Positions 49,501 to 59,900 of a stretch of 64,000 bases of DNA are shown piece after piece. Positions within the stretch are counted from its first letter, which is position 1. Every line of letters starts with the position of its first letter. This DNA is from Anolis carolinensis (Eukaryota): assembly GCF_035594765.1 (NCBI RefSeq), contig NW_026943821.1, positions 22,005,791-22,069,790 on the forward strand, read 5' to 3'. The notes under the pieces were generated by a model. That model was not told the DNA's origin. It saw nothing but the letters and a program-made list of their open reading frames with translations, and did not search any database. The translations under genes were made by a program, and so were the position numbers.

Positions 49501-52500
49501 ACGTAGGTGCTGAGATAGGGCCACCATAATTGCTTTTTGATGGTTTAATGTAGGCAAATCTTGTTCCATGCACATTATTAAAACTATTATATAAAATTAC
49601 CTTCAGGCCATGTGTGTAAAGTATATATGAAACAAATTTGGTGTTTAGACCTGTGTCCCATCTTCAAGGTATCATTATGTATGTATACGCAGATACAGAC
49701 ATTCCAAAATCCCAAAAATCTCCTGGTCCCAAGCCTTTCAGATGATACTCAACCTGCACATCATTAGAAAGTAAGACTTCCCCTGTCCCACCACCTACTT
49801 TTTGGAACATCTCATCCAATAAAAAGATGTAGAGCTTGCCCCAAAGCCTAAACACATCCTGTGCCCTTTTAAAGAGCTGTATTAGATTTGTGATTTTGGG
49901 ATCCCGGTTGAACTAGAAGTGAAAAGACTTTAACTTCCTTGAATTCAATGAGGGGATGGGACTGATTCTGTAACAAGTTTCTTTCTTTGTAAGTATCTGC
50001 TACAATGCAGCAACCACAACCTTTGGAGGGCTGCTTCTGCGGGCGTACTGCAGTAATGCAGCAGCCGCATTAACCAGCCATGTGCTTGAGTGCTTCTCCC
50101 GATGAAGAAGCCCCATAGGAGCCATTGACCAAATGTGCAGGATTGCCTTTCAATCACTGACAGAGCGGAAGGAAAAGCTGAAGCCAAGACACCCCCACCT
50201 TCCACCCACCCCGCTAATGAACACACACCAATTTGATCAGATCTATGTGCTAATATAAAGATACCTCCCAAGAGGAAGTGCTCCTGAGGAATGCAAACCA
50301 TGTCTTCCAAGCTCTCAGAATGAAACCAGTTCCATGGCTGGCAAATGTGATCCCTTCCCTCACCCGCCCTCAGTTTGTTTGTCAATTGCAACAGCTTGGG
50401 TAGCGGTGACATGAGTGTCACAAGCACCCAAACACAAGCGCCTCTGACATTAGCACCAATAATGAATAATGACGCCCCCAATCTGACACTTACATCAGTT
50501 TTGCGCAGCCAACTCTCCCCCTTCCCTAACAGGTGGTGAGAGTTTAATGCTAGCAAAGCGTGAAGAAGAAAATGTGGACACTTTCCACCTGCTTGCTTGG
50601 ACAGTGGCCATGGGACAACAAAACAACCCTTTATTATTTGTTTGAATAGGATTTGAGCCCTGTTCTTAAAGAGTCTTGTCGAACACCAAAACCACTGCAC
50701 CACACTGGCGCTTGCTATGGAAGATAGGTAAAGGTGAAGGTTTTTCCCTGACATTAAGTCTAGCCGTGTTTGACTCTGGGAGTTGGTGCTCATCTCCATT
50801 TCTCAGCCGAAGAGCCGGATCTGTCCATAGACACCAGTCATGTAGTCGGCATGACTGCATGGAGCGCCGTTACCTTCTCGCTGGAGCAGTACCTATTGAT
50901 CTAACCACATTTGCATGTTTTCGAACTGCTAGGCTGGCAGAAGCTGGGGCTAATAGCTGGAGCTCACTCCGCTCCCCAGATTCGAACCGCCAACCTTTAT
51001 GCCAGCAAGTTTGGCAGCTCAACAGTTTAATCCGCTGTGCCACTGGGGGCTCCCCTGCTATGGGAGATAAGAGTCCCAAAAAAATGTTGCTGTAAAACAG
51101 TGGTTCTCAACCTGGGGTCCCCAGATGTTTTTGGCATATAACTCCCAGAAATCCCAGCCAGTTTACCAGCTGTTAGGTTTTTTGGGAGTTGAAGGCCAAA
51201 AACATCTGGGGACCCCAGGTTGAGAATCACTGCTCTAAAACATGTGCTCTTAAATTCTCTTGTGTATTCATTTGGCTTCTATTTTGCCAGCCAAGACATT
51301 GTTACTTCCAATTATCATAATAATAGAAATGAACCATTCTTCATAACTGTATTTCACACAGTAGAAAGGTTTGAGGGATGTACTTTATATGTCATCCCTC
51401 CTTAAGCCGCAAATATTACTCAAACTGCAGGTAAGCCTCGAAGAAGCTTTTAATGAGAAGACACAGCAACACTGTTGCACTAAAAGGCCCACCTTTTACG
51501 TTATGATCAGGAGCAAAACAGCCAACTTGCCACAAACTGTAAAACTACCTATCCACAGCTGGGTTTTGTAAAGTGAAAGAGGCTATGCAAATTATGCTCT
51601 CTTTTCTTACAAAGAATTTTGCCTCTGAGAAAATTCCATGATTTTGAACGCCAAATTTATGAAGGTTCACGCAAAGAGAAGTCGTAAACGGGTCTTTATA
51701 GGCAACTCTTGGAGAGCGGCCGAGAATGGCAGCCAAACATCACAACCAGAGGAATGTCTTGACGAACCTTAATGTTACCTTCTTATATTCAGCTGGAATA
51801 TCAGGAGAGCACCTGGTGGCTTAGGATGCAGCACTCCAAACAGCCAGAAACTGGCAGGGAGGTGAGGGAAACATGACTTTCAATTACCAAGTGCAGGAAA
51901 GACTCTGCCTTCACAGGCAGGTTGCAAGACAGCCTCTGCAGCTCTGGACAAGTGCAGAGCGGCTGTCTCCTGCGAGATGCCAGATGGCTACGGTTCGGGG
52001 GAAGCATGATTACTGATCTGTCGCTGAGACAGAGAAAGAAGGCAGCAGTTCCTAAGTGACTGCGAAGAAGTCAAGGGCTGAGGGACAGCTGAGTCAGCCA
52101 AAGCCAAGCAAAGCCATGCACTCACTTCACACATAAACTAGGCCAGTCCCACGTACCTAGCCATGTCCTTTGGCTCGGAGCCACATCCTGCTCCACAAGC
52201 CGGCAGTTTCCATTTCACAGTGGCAGCATGACACAAAACTGTGAAATTTGTGTACAGTATCACAGACAGGGGGGTATCTGATCAAGAGGCACCATGTACT
52301 TAAAACAAACATGGTTGAGAGCGAGGAGTTTCCAAACAATGGGAGTTTCATGGAAGGGGGGCTCCACTATCTAGTTCTTCACAGGACTTTTAATGAAGGC
52401 TCAAAATGAAAACACACTTCAGCTATCACCTATGAGACATGACAGAAGCAACCAAGCAAACGGCACACACACAAATGCAGGCCTCAACATTTTGCCTTGT

Positions 52501-54233
52501 TATCTGTGCCTTGCCAAGTGGAGCGTCTCTAATGAGCAACCAGCTTTATACCCAACTTGGATGCAGTTGAAGCGAATGAGGATCATCCCATAGATAGGCA
52601 GTGATTCTTTCCAAATGACTCTTCCTTCTCCTGGCTCTAAGTATATATAGAATAGAGAAATGTGTACCTCTCACAATAGGCACACATACGCATGCCGTGC
52701 CTATCAGGGGAGAGACTATCCTGCCTTTGGAATCAGCAATAACACTAGTTAGTTAAATAATGTGGCTCAATAACAATTGGAAAGAATTTTCCCCAATGAA
52801 ATTAAAATGCGTATATATGCAGGGTACTCCCGCAGATTTCTAGCCTTCCACTGAATATTTTCTGCTAACCAGAGTCACATGTACCCAGCACAACACTGTG
52901 GCAACCAGGCAGCTAAAAGCATTTCAGGAAATGGAGGTCTTGGACCTATCTATGAGTCTGCCTCCGCACAAGAAAGAAGAAGAAAAGCCATCTTCAAAGT
53001 CAGATCTTACATGAGTACTATCAAGATAATCAGCAGGAAACAGATGACCAAAAAAATCCTTGCAGATGTGTCCTATTTACAAAGAGTCAGTATATTTTTT
53101 CACCAAAAGAGAATTGGTCAATGACTTTAATTCACTATTGTGGGCTCTTGACCATTTTGCCTTTTCTGGGAAAACATTAGAATGATCAGATTTCTTGAAA
53201 TGTTGGAGGAAGCACAGAAATAAAAGTAATGTAGTCTATGAAGCAGCTATAACAGCAGACTAAGACTGTGGAGAAACTGGTTCATATTCCCAAACATCCC
53301 TGAGTCAAGTGACCGCTATGACCCAAGGCCAACTCGTGCTATGTCTCAGCCTTACCTACACTACAAGATTGATATGATGATAAAACGGTGAGGGAAAGAC
53401 AATATGATACCTGTAGTTTTTCAGAGAAAAGGCAAAATACAAACACAGTGCAATGCAACAGAGGTCACAAAGCATTTTTGCCAACACAACATGAATGAAT
53501 GTGGATATGAGCAATATCACAGACTTAGATCCACTTACCCCCACAGAGCCACTCCCAGTGAGGTCACTTGATCGGTTCACATTATTGTTGACTGGAGAAA
53601 GTGGACTTTGAGGTTTTGGCCTTCTTGGGTCTTCCCTGTTTGCCAGTGGGTTCTCTTCTGGACTAATGTGGTCAATGGGATTATTTGCTTCCTGCACTGA
53701 AGGTAAAGGCTCTTCAAGATTTCCAGGGGGAGAATTAGGATCCGAGGAGTGAAGCAGAACTGGGTGGCTTGCCAGACTCCCACCGTTGGAGCCTATGTCC
53801 CTCTTTAAAGAGTTTCTCCCGCCACTTGCAAAGGGCACTCTTTGAACTGGTAACTCTTTAAAGGACCTTCGTAGTCTTGCTTTACTCTGAGGCCTCCCCA
53901 TCCAGTCCAACAACTTTGGAAGATGAGTTCTCCCCTCCTGCACAAGCTGGGGGTCTATTGTGTGCTCAGACTTTGTTACAAAGACCAAGATGGAGTCGGA
54001 AGCGTCAGTCCAGGTAGCTTCACAGAGTTGAGGCTTGGTACAGTTCACCTGGATACACATCTTTGCCAAGAGCCAAAAGGCATCGCAAGCAGGGCTCTGA
54101 CAGCAAGCGGCTTCACAAGACTGGACTGAGTGAAAGCCTTCGAGCAGCTGCAGGTGAACACCACTGAATGATCGCAAATGGGCCCCGTGCAAAAGTCGCG
54201 TGGGTTGGCAAACACTTCTGCTCCAGCTTGCAT
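18820..54233 (-). CDS. KIAA0319L: KIAA0319-like / AAV receptor (AAVR), multi-exon CDS, 5'-incomplete (19 coding exons traced)
   Basis: The spliced translation gives a MANEC Cys pattern, five PKD repeats (e.g. DGSQSTDDDKIVSYHW, NAGPNQVITLP), CQLNCSEHGHCNSFTKRCVCDPFWMENF, a TM helix and a tail ending REEIL*. All introns are GT-AG with consistent phases. The tail matches KIAA0319L rather than KIAA0319. Confidence 0.97.
19199..19466 (+). mobile_element. tRNA-derived SINE (Anolis SINE2-like) in the last intron
   Basis: GGTTCGAATCC B box; matches 47959-48222. Confidence 0.85.
20025..20116 (-). CDS. KIAA0319L: KIAA0319L exon (cytoplasmic, YKIL motif)
   Basis: ttcag|G...GCAG|gtgagg; RKGKPKRKSKYKILDATDQESLALKPTPKA. 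Confidence 0.96.
20215..20305 (-). CDS. KIAA0319L: KIAA0319L exon (transmembrane helix)
   Basis: tccag|AA...AGAG|gtgagt; EWSVLYVVIASFVIVVSVGIFSWVVVCCFK. Confidence 0.96.
20890..21208 (+). mobile_element. AT-rich L2-like 3' end
   Basis: tgtaagc...gagtccccttcgggg stem-loop and (TAAA)n tail. Confidence 0.65.
21289..21411 (-). CDS. KIAA0319L: KIAA0319L exon (EGF-like Cys region)
   Basis: cacag|CC...TGTG|gtgagc; CQLNCSEHGHCNSFTKRCVCDPFWMENFIKVQIGDGESNC. Confidence 0.96.
22012..22228 (-). mobile_element. Helitron 3' fragment
   Basis: Minus strand reads ACCCAG-gcactg-CTGGGT hairpin, then ccccaagCTAG|T. Confidence 0.7.
22680..22822 (-). CDS. KIAA0319L: KIAA0319L exon (membrane-proximal region)
   Basis: tgcag|C...GTCA|gtaagt; TKMVFYVWNQPSHLLFKGHDVAWTLKNELRKQQSGFLIFRALEINTV. 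Confidence 0.96.
25053..25212 (-). CDS. KIAA0319L: KIAA0319L exon (membrane-proximal region)
   Basis: cgcag|AT...GAG|gtgaga; DPRKNNLVEMILDVNVSQLTERQKGMFIRQIGVLLGVLDSDITVQKIQPYTEQ. Confidence 0.96.
25485..25623 (-). CDS. KIAA0319L: KIAA0319L exon (PKD5)
   Basis: tatag|GAG...CCTG|gtaagt; EVLNNSDHHPVLVLSNLVEGQYTFHLKVMDAKGEFDMERATVEVKP. Confidence 0.96.
26227..26378 (-). CDS. KIAA0319L: KIAA0319L exon (PKD5)
   Basis: cttag|AG...GGG|gtgagt; EINKPPVAKVAGNVVLTLPTNTAELDGSRSTDDKGIVTYLWTRDESSPAAG. Confidence 0.96.
27221..27795. mobile_element. pogo/Tigger-like MITE
   Basis: TIR CCGTATTTCATTACATAATAGTC / GACTATTATGTGATGAAATACAGG; TA flanks. Confidence 0.75.
28472..28620 (-). CDS. KIAA0319L: KIAA0319L exon (PKD4)
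   Basis: ttcag|T...GAAG|gtgagt; GPDGVKLENANSNVATVTGLEVGTYEFTLTVKDERNLQSQSSVNVIVRE. Confidence 0.96.
28982..29057. mobile_element. Short degenerate hAT MITE
   Basis: 8-bp flanks CTCTAGAC / GTCTAGAC; CA...TG termini. Confidence 0.5.
29215..29461 (+). mobile_element. CR1 LINE 3' end
   Basis: Matches 36880-37190; ATTCTAT end. Confidence 0.85.
29484..29616 (-). CDS. KIAA0319L: KIAA0319L exon (PKD4)
   Basis: ttcag|AA...ACG|gtatgt; ENNKPPKADAGPDKELTLPVDSTTLDGSKSSDDQKIVSFLWEKT. Confidence 0.96.
29759..29882 (-). CDS. KIAA0319L: KIAA0319L exon (PKD3)
   Basis: ctcag|GGC...CCGG|gtatgc; GVRTSTLQLSAMREGDYTYQLTVTDSAGHQSTAEVTVIVQP. Confidence 0.96.
30629..30857 (-). CDS. KIAA0319L: KIAA0319L exon (PKD2/PKD3)
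   Basis: ctccag|C...CAG|gtgagc; LTVVDSDGASNSTTASLTVNKEVDYPPVANAGPNQ...KVVEMQ. Confidence 0.96.
33519..33784. mobile_element. Tc1/mariner-type MITE
   Basis: CTATGTAACAAAATTT / AAATTGTGTTAACACAG; TA flanks; related fragment at 1560-1710. Confidence 0.65.
34129..34261 (-). CDS. KIAA0319L: KIAA0319L exon (PKD2)
   Basis: atcag|AA...TTCAG|gtaaga; QSTDDDKIVSYHWEELKGPLREEKVSADTPILKLTNLVPGNYTF. Confidence 0.96.
34498..35161. mobile_element. pogo/Tigger-like MITE with internal (TAA)n
   Basis: TIR CCGTATATACTCGAGTATAAGCC / GGCTTATACTCAAGTATATACAG; TA flanks. Confidence 0.88.
35227..35319 (-). CDS. KIAA0319L: KIAA0319L exon (start of PKD2)
   Basis: tgcag|AA...AGCC|gtaagt; EPRVNQPPVAIVSPQFLEISLPTTSTVIDGS. 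Confidence 0.96.
36462..36673 (+). mobile_element. Palindromic Penelope-derived fragment with a variant hammerhead core (36548-36588)
   Basis: Inverted arms; CTGAGGA...GAAATGTC. Confidence 0.8.
36735..37195 (+). mobile_element. CR1 LINE 3' fragment (ORF2 C-terminus)
   Basis: IAIYKYVK...[35 protein letters not shown]...AFKQRLDGHL. Confidence 0.92.
38277..38352. repeat. (GGAA)n microsatellite
   Basis: Seen directly. Confidence 0.95.
38477..38815 (+). mobile_element. Dong/R4-clade non-LTR retrotransposon 3' fragment
   Basis: EKLTRYEDLKIELQRLWNKPVKVVPVAIGTLGAVPK...LQKATLLGSAHIIR (restriction-like endonuclease C-terminus), flanked by (TAA)n/(CAA)n. Confidence 0.8.
39693..39780 (-). CDS. KIAA0319L: KIAA0319L exon (end of PKD1)
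   Basis: gccag|CTC...CCAG|gtaagc; LTVGLYEFNVIVDGDNAHGEGMVNVTVKP. Confidence 0.96.
41593..41690 (-). CDS. KIAA0319L: KIAA0319L exon (PKD1)
   Basis: ttttag|GA...AAG|gtaacg; GTSYSYDWRLITHPTDYSGEMEGQHSQILKLSK. Confidence 0.96.
43664..43765 (-). CDS. KIAA0319L: KIAA0319L exon (start of PKD1)
   Basis: cacag|TG...AAAG|gtaagg; VIKKLAVSAGDSVQVTLPKNEVELNAYVLPPPPK. Confidence 0.95.
45111..45365. mobile_element. Degenerate Tigger-like MITE
   Basis: CAGTCGGGCTTCCA / TGGAGGGCCTACTG; TA flanks. Confidence 0.55.
45763..46036 (-). CDS. KIAA0319L: KIAA0319L exon (Pro/Ser/Thr-rich linker), 274 nt, phase 0->1
   Basis: Acceptor caatcctag|GCC, donor CCAG|gtaaga; open frame APEEEPTPGPSP...NTSVQPSVLEALPTSSNSQ...AVPTP; phases fit both neighbours. 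Confidence 0.85.
47140..47547 (+). mobile_element. Degenerate L1-like 3' end
   Basis: Remnant LIRQRSLATFPKDYKPLIDIF-like peptide, T-rich UTR, AATAAA and A tail. Confidence 0.45.
47959..48222 (+). mobile_element. tRNA-derived SINE (Anolis SINE2-like)
   Basis: A box TGGCGTAGTGG, B box GGTTCGAATCC, A tail. Confidence 0.88.
49456..49757. mobile_element. Degenerate Tigger/MER2-like MITE
   Basis: AGGTTGAGCATC / GATACTCAACCT inverted ends. Confidence 0.55.
50727..51053 (-). mobile_element. Full-length Sauria SINE with ~16 bp TSD
   Basis: Flanks cttgctatggaagata / cctgctatgggagata. Confidence 0.92.
51098..51232. mobile_element. Palindromic hAT (Charlie-type) MITE
   Basis: CAGTGGTTCTCAACCT / AGGTTGAGAATCACTG; 8-bp TSD CTGTAAAA / CTCTAAAA. 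Confidence 0.88.
53539..54233 (-). CDS. KIAA0319L: KIAA0319L exon (MANEC domain + linker), 695 nt, phase 1->0
   Basis: Acceptor tgctcag|AT, donor GGG|gtaagt; (D)ASWSRSVCQ...SCEAACCQSPACDAFWLLAKMCIQVNC. Confidence 0.92.
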
Positions 54234-56575
54234 CTGAGCAAAGAGAGATTAAATAACAGTAGTTTTTGAGAAGCATTTAACAGAATGAGTATGATCTAAG
54301 ACATTTAGATGTCCATTAAAAAAAAAAACACTTGGTTTCCTATCTCCAGCAATAAGCAAAATTGTAAATCAGCTTACAGGTTTTTGTCTTTCGATGGTAT
54401 TCCAAAAGTCACCTTGTCTAACAGTAGGGAAGGCCCTGTCAGAAAATGTTTTGATTCCACCAAAGAAATCACATCTGTACAAGAAACTTAGGGAGCCATT
54501 CAAGGGATTCCTAGTCACCTTTTCTACTGAAACTGCGATCCTTTACTAAACCCATCTTTTACTAACCATTACACTGAGGAAGAGTGTCATGTGGAAGTAC
54601 CTTCCCAGGCAGTACTCTAATTATAACTGCAGTTCAGAGCATGAGACCTGCTTAAGTCCCAAATGAAGCTTGTAACAACGGTGACACATCATAAATCAAG
54701 TCCCTGCTTCCTTTTCCTGTGAAAATCCTGCCAATGCCCTTCACAGATGAGGAGACAGGCTTTGCCTGATAAGGCCAACAAGATTAATTGCAATTTTTCA
54801 GCAATAATAGACTGACAAAAATACCATGCCATTTCCTGATGAAGATGCAGCACAAGCACACGCACAGAAACTGGTGACATCTTTATTTGCCAGCATACTG
54901 TTTTCTTCCCTTGAACCAGAATCTTAGCACTTAAAATGTGCCTCCAATTGGAACCATATTTGAATTCTCCAGTGCTATAATTCACATTGCTATATCTGTT
55001 TTTCTCACCAAACCAGAGAGAAATAGAAACCAACTCAGGGTTGTAAAGTATACTGGTTGAATTATCTAATCTCTCTAATTGGAAGGATTCTATCATCACA
55101 CCTTCACAGCTTTTTTGCAAATTGGTATGCCAAGAGTCGGAAGGATAATTTTACCCCAAGTGAGAAATACTACAAAGTACAGCACAGCTGTTTGGAGGAT
55201 TCCCTGTTACTTGGGAGTTCTCTCTGCCCTAATATGCAATTAACACGGCACACAGTTAGCACACACAGCGCTGAACGCAGCACAATAAAAAAATATTGCA
55301 AGTTAATAAACAAATTTATGCTTTTGTCCCAGGAGGGAGTCCCACTCCAGGAAGCTCTGATTAAAATAATAATTTTCTTCACAAAAAGCATTTCAAGAGA
55401 ACAAATCATCTACCCTGGAGAAGACTTTCATTACTGGTACTGCTGCAGTGCACCATCCAATGTTAATCTATCCCACGCTGAACCCAATTTGGCTTTCCAG
55501 CATTGTTGGAGTGCAACTCCCAGCATCCTCCATCATAGGCTGCGACAACTAAGACCCATCGGAGCTGCACTCCACACTTCACATTCACTGGCCAATGTCA
55601 TTAGAATTATTTTCCCCAAACCTTCCTGAACCAGTATTAAGAAAAATGTTACACAGAAGGGGAGCTGCTAAGATGACAGTAGAAGTCACTTGCTGATGTT
55701 CCAGCTTTTGGAAGATAAACAGCTCAAGTCTGGCAAAACATTCAAGCAGAGCAGACAACAATGAAACAAATAACGCTTGATACACTATTTAAAAAGCACT
55801 TTGATGCCTTTTTGGCTTTTGATATGCTAGAACTTGTACAAAAACACTGAAAATGTGGATTGGCAGGAAACCTCTGGGACAAAACAAGTGGGCTGACAGA
55901 AGCCAATCCTGAACTAATCTGGAATGGGGATCTTCCTGAATCACAGGTAGGAGCTAAAACAGCCTCTGCTGATAAAGTCATGTATATTTGTGCATTACAC
56001 ATCATGCCACGCTTGCCACAGGGCAACCTTTTAGAAGGCAGGTAATTTCAAGAAGCACTGTTCTCCTTAATGTTATAACTCATTGTACAGGAACACTTTG
56101 GATCTCAGATCTCTTAGGACTGAGTCTGCAACTGCCTACAACAGGGTAGTTTGCGAATGAAATCACGAAGGGATTTGGACATTTAGGCCACCAGAAAGTT
56201 CCAACTGAGAAGGGAAACTAGGAAGTTAGCTGACCAGAACACCAAAGAAATGCCTTGCACAGAGCAAAACAGGACAATTTATGTCTGATCGCTCATAAAA
56301 GCTTCCAGGAGAGACCCTCATTCAGCTGGGGATAGGAAGGCAACACTGCAGACCCATCTTGGCATGGATCTCCCTAGCTGCTTCTTTGCCTGGTCTTGAT
56401 TCAAGGGATTGCTCACATTGAAAAGAGCTCTGTGGTCTGTGTGCATTACCTTGCTCACACAGCTCCCTTAAAGAACAAATGAATGGAAGTGGAAATCTAC
56501 AGAGTTTGCTTGTTCATACACAACTCCAGTATCAGACGAATTAACATGCTATGAAGTGAAGCTGAAAACAACTAC

Positions 56576-56749
56576 CCTTAATACAAAGACTATGCACTGT
56601 GATGGCTGCAGAAACTGTCACCAGTTTCCCCAGTTCCTTTGGACTAAAGGTATATGTCTTCAGGTAACTTTGGAAGAAATGGCTAATACCGCAAGACAGC
56701 TTCACTCCAAAAGCATTTTCTTTAACAGCCAAGTCTTCCAGAGGCAGTT
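56576..56749 (-). CDS. Candidate upstream KIAA0319L coding exon (uncertain)
   Basis: ccattcag acceptor and AAG G|gtagtt donor. Phase 1 would complete the Asp codon of the MANEC exon. Peptide ...FGVKLSCGISHFFQSYLK...VTVSAAITVHSLCIK weakly resembles the KIAA0319L N-terminus. No in-frame ATG. Confidence 0.25.
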
Positions 56750-56949
56750 CTGAATGGAAACATTGCAGAGCTCACCTCTCACACCGCTGGCAATGACGCG
56801 CACATAACCCCACCATCTGCTCAGACTCAAAGCACTTAGTGCTGCAGAGCAGTATCCAAGCGCAATTAAAATGCTCCATAAGGTGTGCTTTTCTTCTTTA
56901 ACGCAGGAAGAGATTATTGGCTGAAATTCAGTTCTAATATTTAGCCCAA

Positions 56950-56951
<2 letters not shown>

Positions 56952-56982
<31 letters not shown>
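56952..56982. repeat. (CA)n microsatellite
   Basis: Seen directly. Confidence 0.95.
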
Positions 56983-56987
<5 letters not shown>

Positions 56988-59900
56988 CAGTATGCTCTAA
57001 AACATTTTCTAAATGTCAGTCTTCCTGAAATTACTGGTGAAAAGCCTGACATTTTTCAAAACTGAAGTGATCAAAACGCACGGGCCAAGATCTCAAGACA
57101 CCTTCACTTCACTCTTTTTTTTCCTATTGAATGGGTTAAGTACATAAAATGGAGAGACAGAGTACACATGTATGCCTGTACACACAGTCATTTCGAAAAG
57201 CCCTAAATTATTTTAGGAAGAATTTGGTCAGTTAATACAGTGGAACTGGTGAAATAATTTGGCTAGATGACACATTGGCACAAAAATACAGATAATGTGG
57301 TTTGATGTACTTAATGTCCAGTGATAGCGCCTTTTAGATGGGATGTAAAAGAGCACATTTGTTTTATATGAGAAGAAAAAACATTGATATGTATAGAAGG
57401 TTTCATTCTCCTATGTTATATCCCGCAAACGCAAAATTTAACTGAAGATCTATGTGACTGGAGCCTTCTAGAAGCAGATTTGTCTTCCAAGAATAGAAAC
57501 CTCTCTGTCATGGGTTTTTCTCTCTATCTCTTGCCCTTTACTGTTTTTTCAACATGAAACAATAAACCTAAACCTAAATGTGTGTCTATTCAATGGCCCC
57601 TCTTCAGTGACAAGCCCCCATCTCACAAAGTCACACTTCTGAGATAACCCCCCTCCGCTACCTTTAAAACATGAATAGGTAGCACTTCCTAAAAGCACCT
57701 CAAAGGCACAAGCAGGGAGCAGAAATGCTCCAAGTGCCCAAAAGTACTCTGTTTGAATTCCCCATACCTTCCAATTCACTCTCATCTCCACAAAACCCAA
57801 AAGAATGTCTAAGAATCACCCTAAATTCAGTCAAAATGAAAGCCATTCATATGTGGGGAGCATGGCTTTAGATCAGAAAGTGGAGATGCTCATACAGTTA
57901 CGAGCCCTTCCTTCAGAAAGGCATTTATATGCTCATAGTAGAAGAGACTTTGCTAAGAAAGGATTCGCACAGTGCAGAAGACGAATGACACAGAAACTGC
58001 TCTGTATATTAATCCTGTTATTCTTCTTGACTGTAGCTGTCTGTATCCAAATCCCGAAGAGACTTTCTAGTGCATGCAAACAGACACACACGCCGACGGT
58101 ATATGAGAAGATCTTATAAAATATTTAAGTGTGTGGAGTGTGGAAATAGAATAATTTCTCCCTCTCAACACACCACCACCAGACTTTGGGGAATCGCACA
58201 GGGAAATTGCTTGGCAGCAACAGATTCAAAGGAGATGAAAGGATGTAATTCGTACAGTGATTAGCTTAAATTTAGAAGAGCACAAGACATGAAGTGCGGG
58301 GACGGTCTATCAAAGTCTAACAGCCAAAAAGGTTTAATTAAAAAGATGCATTTTTAAAAAAAAATCCTGTTTAGAGAATATGCTTTTTCTGCTTTTCTGC
58401 AAGCAAGGGATCTCTCTTTCCATTCCAATTTGCTTGTCAGCAACCCAGAAGAATCTGGCCAGCAACTGCTTGACATAGAGCCCAAAAGCTCTAAGAGACA
58501 CTGGCAATAAGACAAATGAACCATAAGTTACTGAAGCACAAATGTTCTTGTTTACCTTGAAGAGTCTCATTTTGAGATTCTTACTATTTTATTTCCCTTT
58601 TTTAAAAATCAGGTAAATGTTTCCCCCCTTTCAAATTCTAAAATGAATTTAAAAACACGCGAAGGATGAAAAAAAGACTGTGCAAACTGTGACAGAAAAA
58701 GGCACTGCAACATATTTGATCACTGAAGTTTATTGTCATCTCTAATGCGCAAACATGTATTGCGGTAAAATTATTTCTTTTAAAAAATCACCCTCACAAG
58801 TCTGGAATGTCCCTCAAAACAATAGCATTCATTACAGGTTGTGAACATGCCGCTGTAACACAACTATTGCCCATCTCTCATGCCAAGCATTCTTCTAAAC
58901 TGGCTGGATTACAGCTCCCATTGCTCTCCGTTAACATAGGCACTGGTTGCAGTGACCAGGGAGGATGGGAAGTGTAGTCCAGGAAACCTGGTGAATGGGG
59001 GCTGTTTGATTAGATCCTTCCATTCAGGGCTCCAGGGATTAAGGGCATTCAAAAATAGATACCTCTAGACTGGAAGACCTGACCTCCAGGCGATTATTTT
59101 AGAAGCCAGGTCACATGGTCCTGAGCTACACTGGGTGAAGGACACCCTTTCAACAGACTTCCCAATTGTTCTCAGTTGCTACTGAGTTTTAAGGAAAGGG
59201 TATTGATCTGTGTTCAAATAAATTTAACTGTTGAAACAAGACAGAGAGGTTAAAAGAATCTTATACACTGACCAAACAAATCAAGAAAGACCCAAAAGTA
59301 ATCTCAGCATTTATGAATATCTAAAAAGCAGCTTTTCATGCTGTTCTCTTTATGCCATGCATGTTCGCACTTCCTAAAACTCATAGGCTGTCGTTGAATC
59401 TGAGATTTCTTTTGTAATGGGAGGAGGGCATTTTCTGAGTTTCCCTTTGTCATGGTTTAAATTTTTCACCTTACTTCCCTCTTGTTCTCTTCCTTTCATG
59501 TTCCCGATATATACTGTTCATTAGACTTTAGAACAAATAGAATGGATACCCTTTTAGGTGCAGTTGCATTCTGGATAGGGTTTCTTCTCTCTCTGTTTGC
59601 CTGTGCCTCCAAGTTTCCTGTTGACATTAGTTGCCAGTTCGTTTCCCTCCTCCTTCCCAGAGCCACCTTGCAGAGTCTTTCACATGGCTCTGAAAAATGA
59701 GCAAAGAAACTGAACTGGCTCCCTTCCCCGGTTCACACTGAACGCCTGCTTTTTGTCTTTTTCCAGAGTGAGAGAAAAACGACAAACGGCCTCTGCAGAG
59801 AGTGGAGCTTCTGCAATTTCGCACTGCTAAAATGGGAAAAACTAATTCCTGATCATTAATTAATCCTTTCCCCATCTCTATCCCCAATTTCCGAACAGCA

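Noticed and set aside
49945-50799. 284-aa minus-strand ORF in a KIAA0319L intron
   Set aside because: Begins in a Sauria SINE, has no recognisable domain, and the flanking exons already join in phase
18820-54233. Assignment to the paralogue KIAA0319
   Set aside because: The cytoplasmic tail (KGKPKRKSKYKILDATDQESL, AIFTWPDREKGKLL, REEIL) is the KIAA0319L type
55057-55629. 190-aa plus-strand ORF
   Set aside because: Non-ATG start, no homology recognised, includes repeat-like sequence
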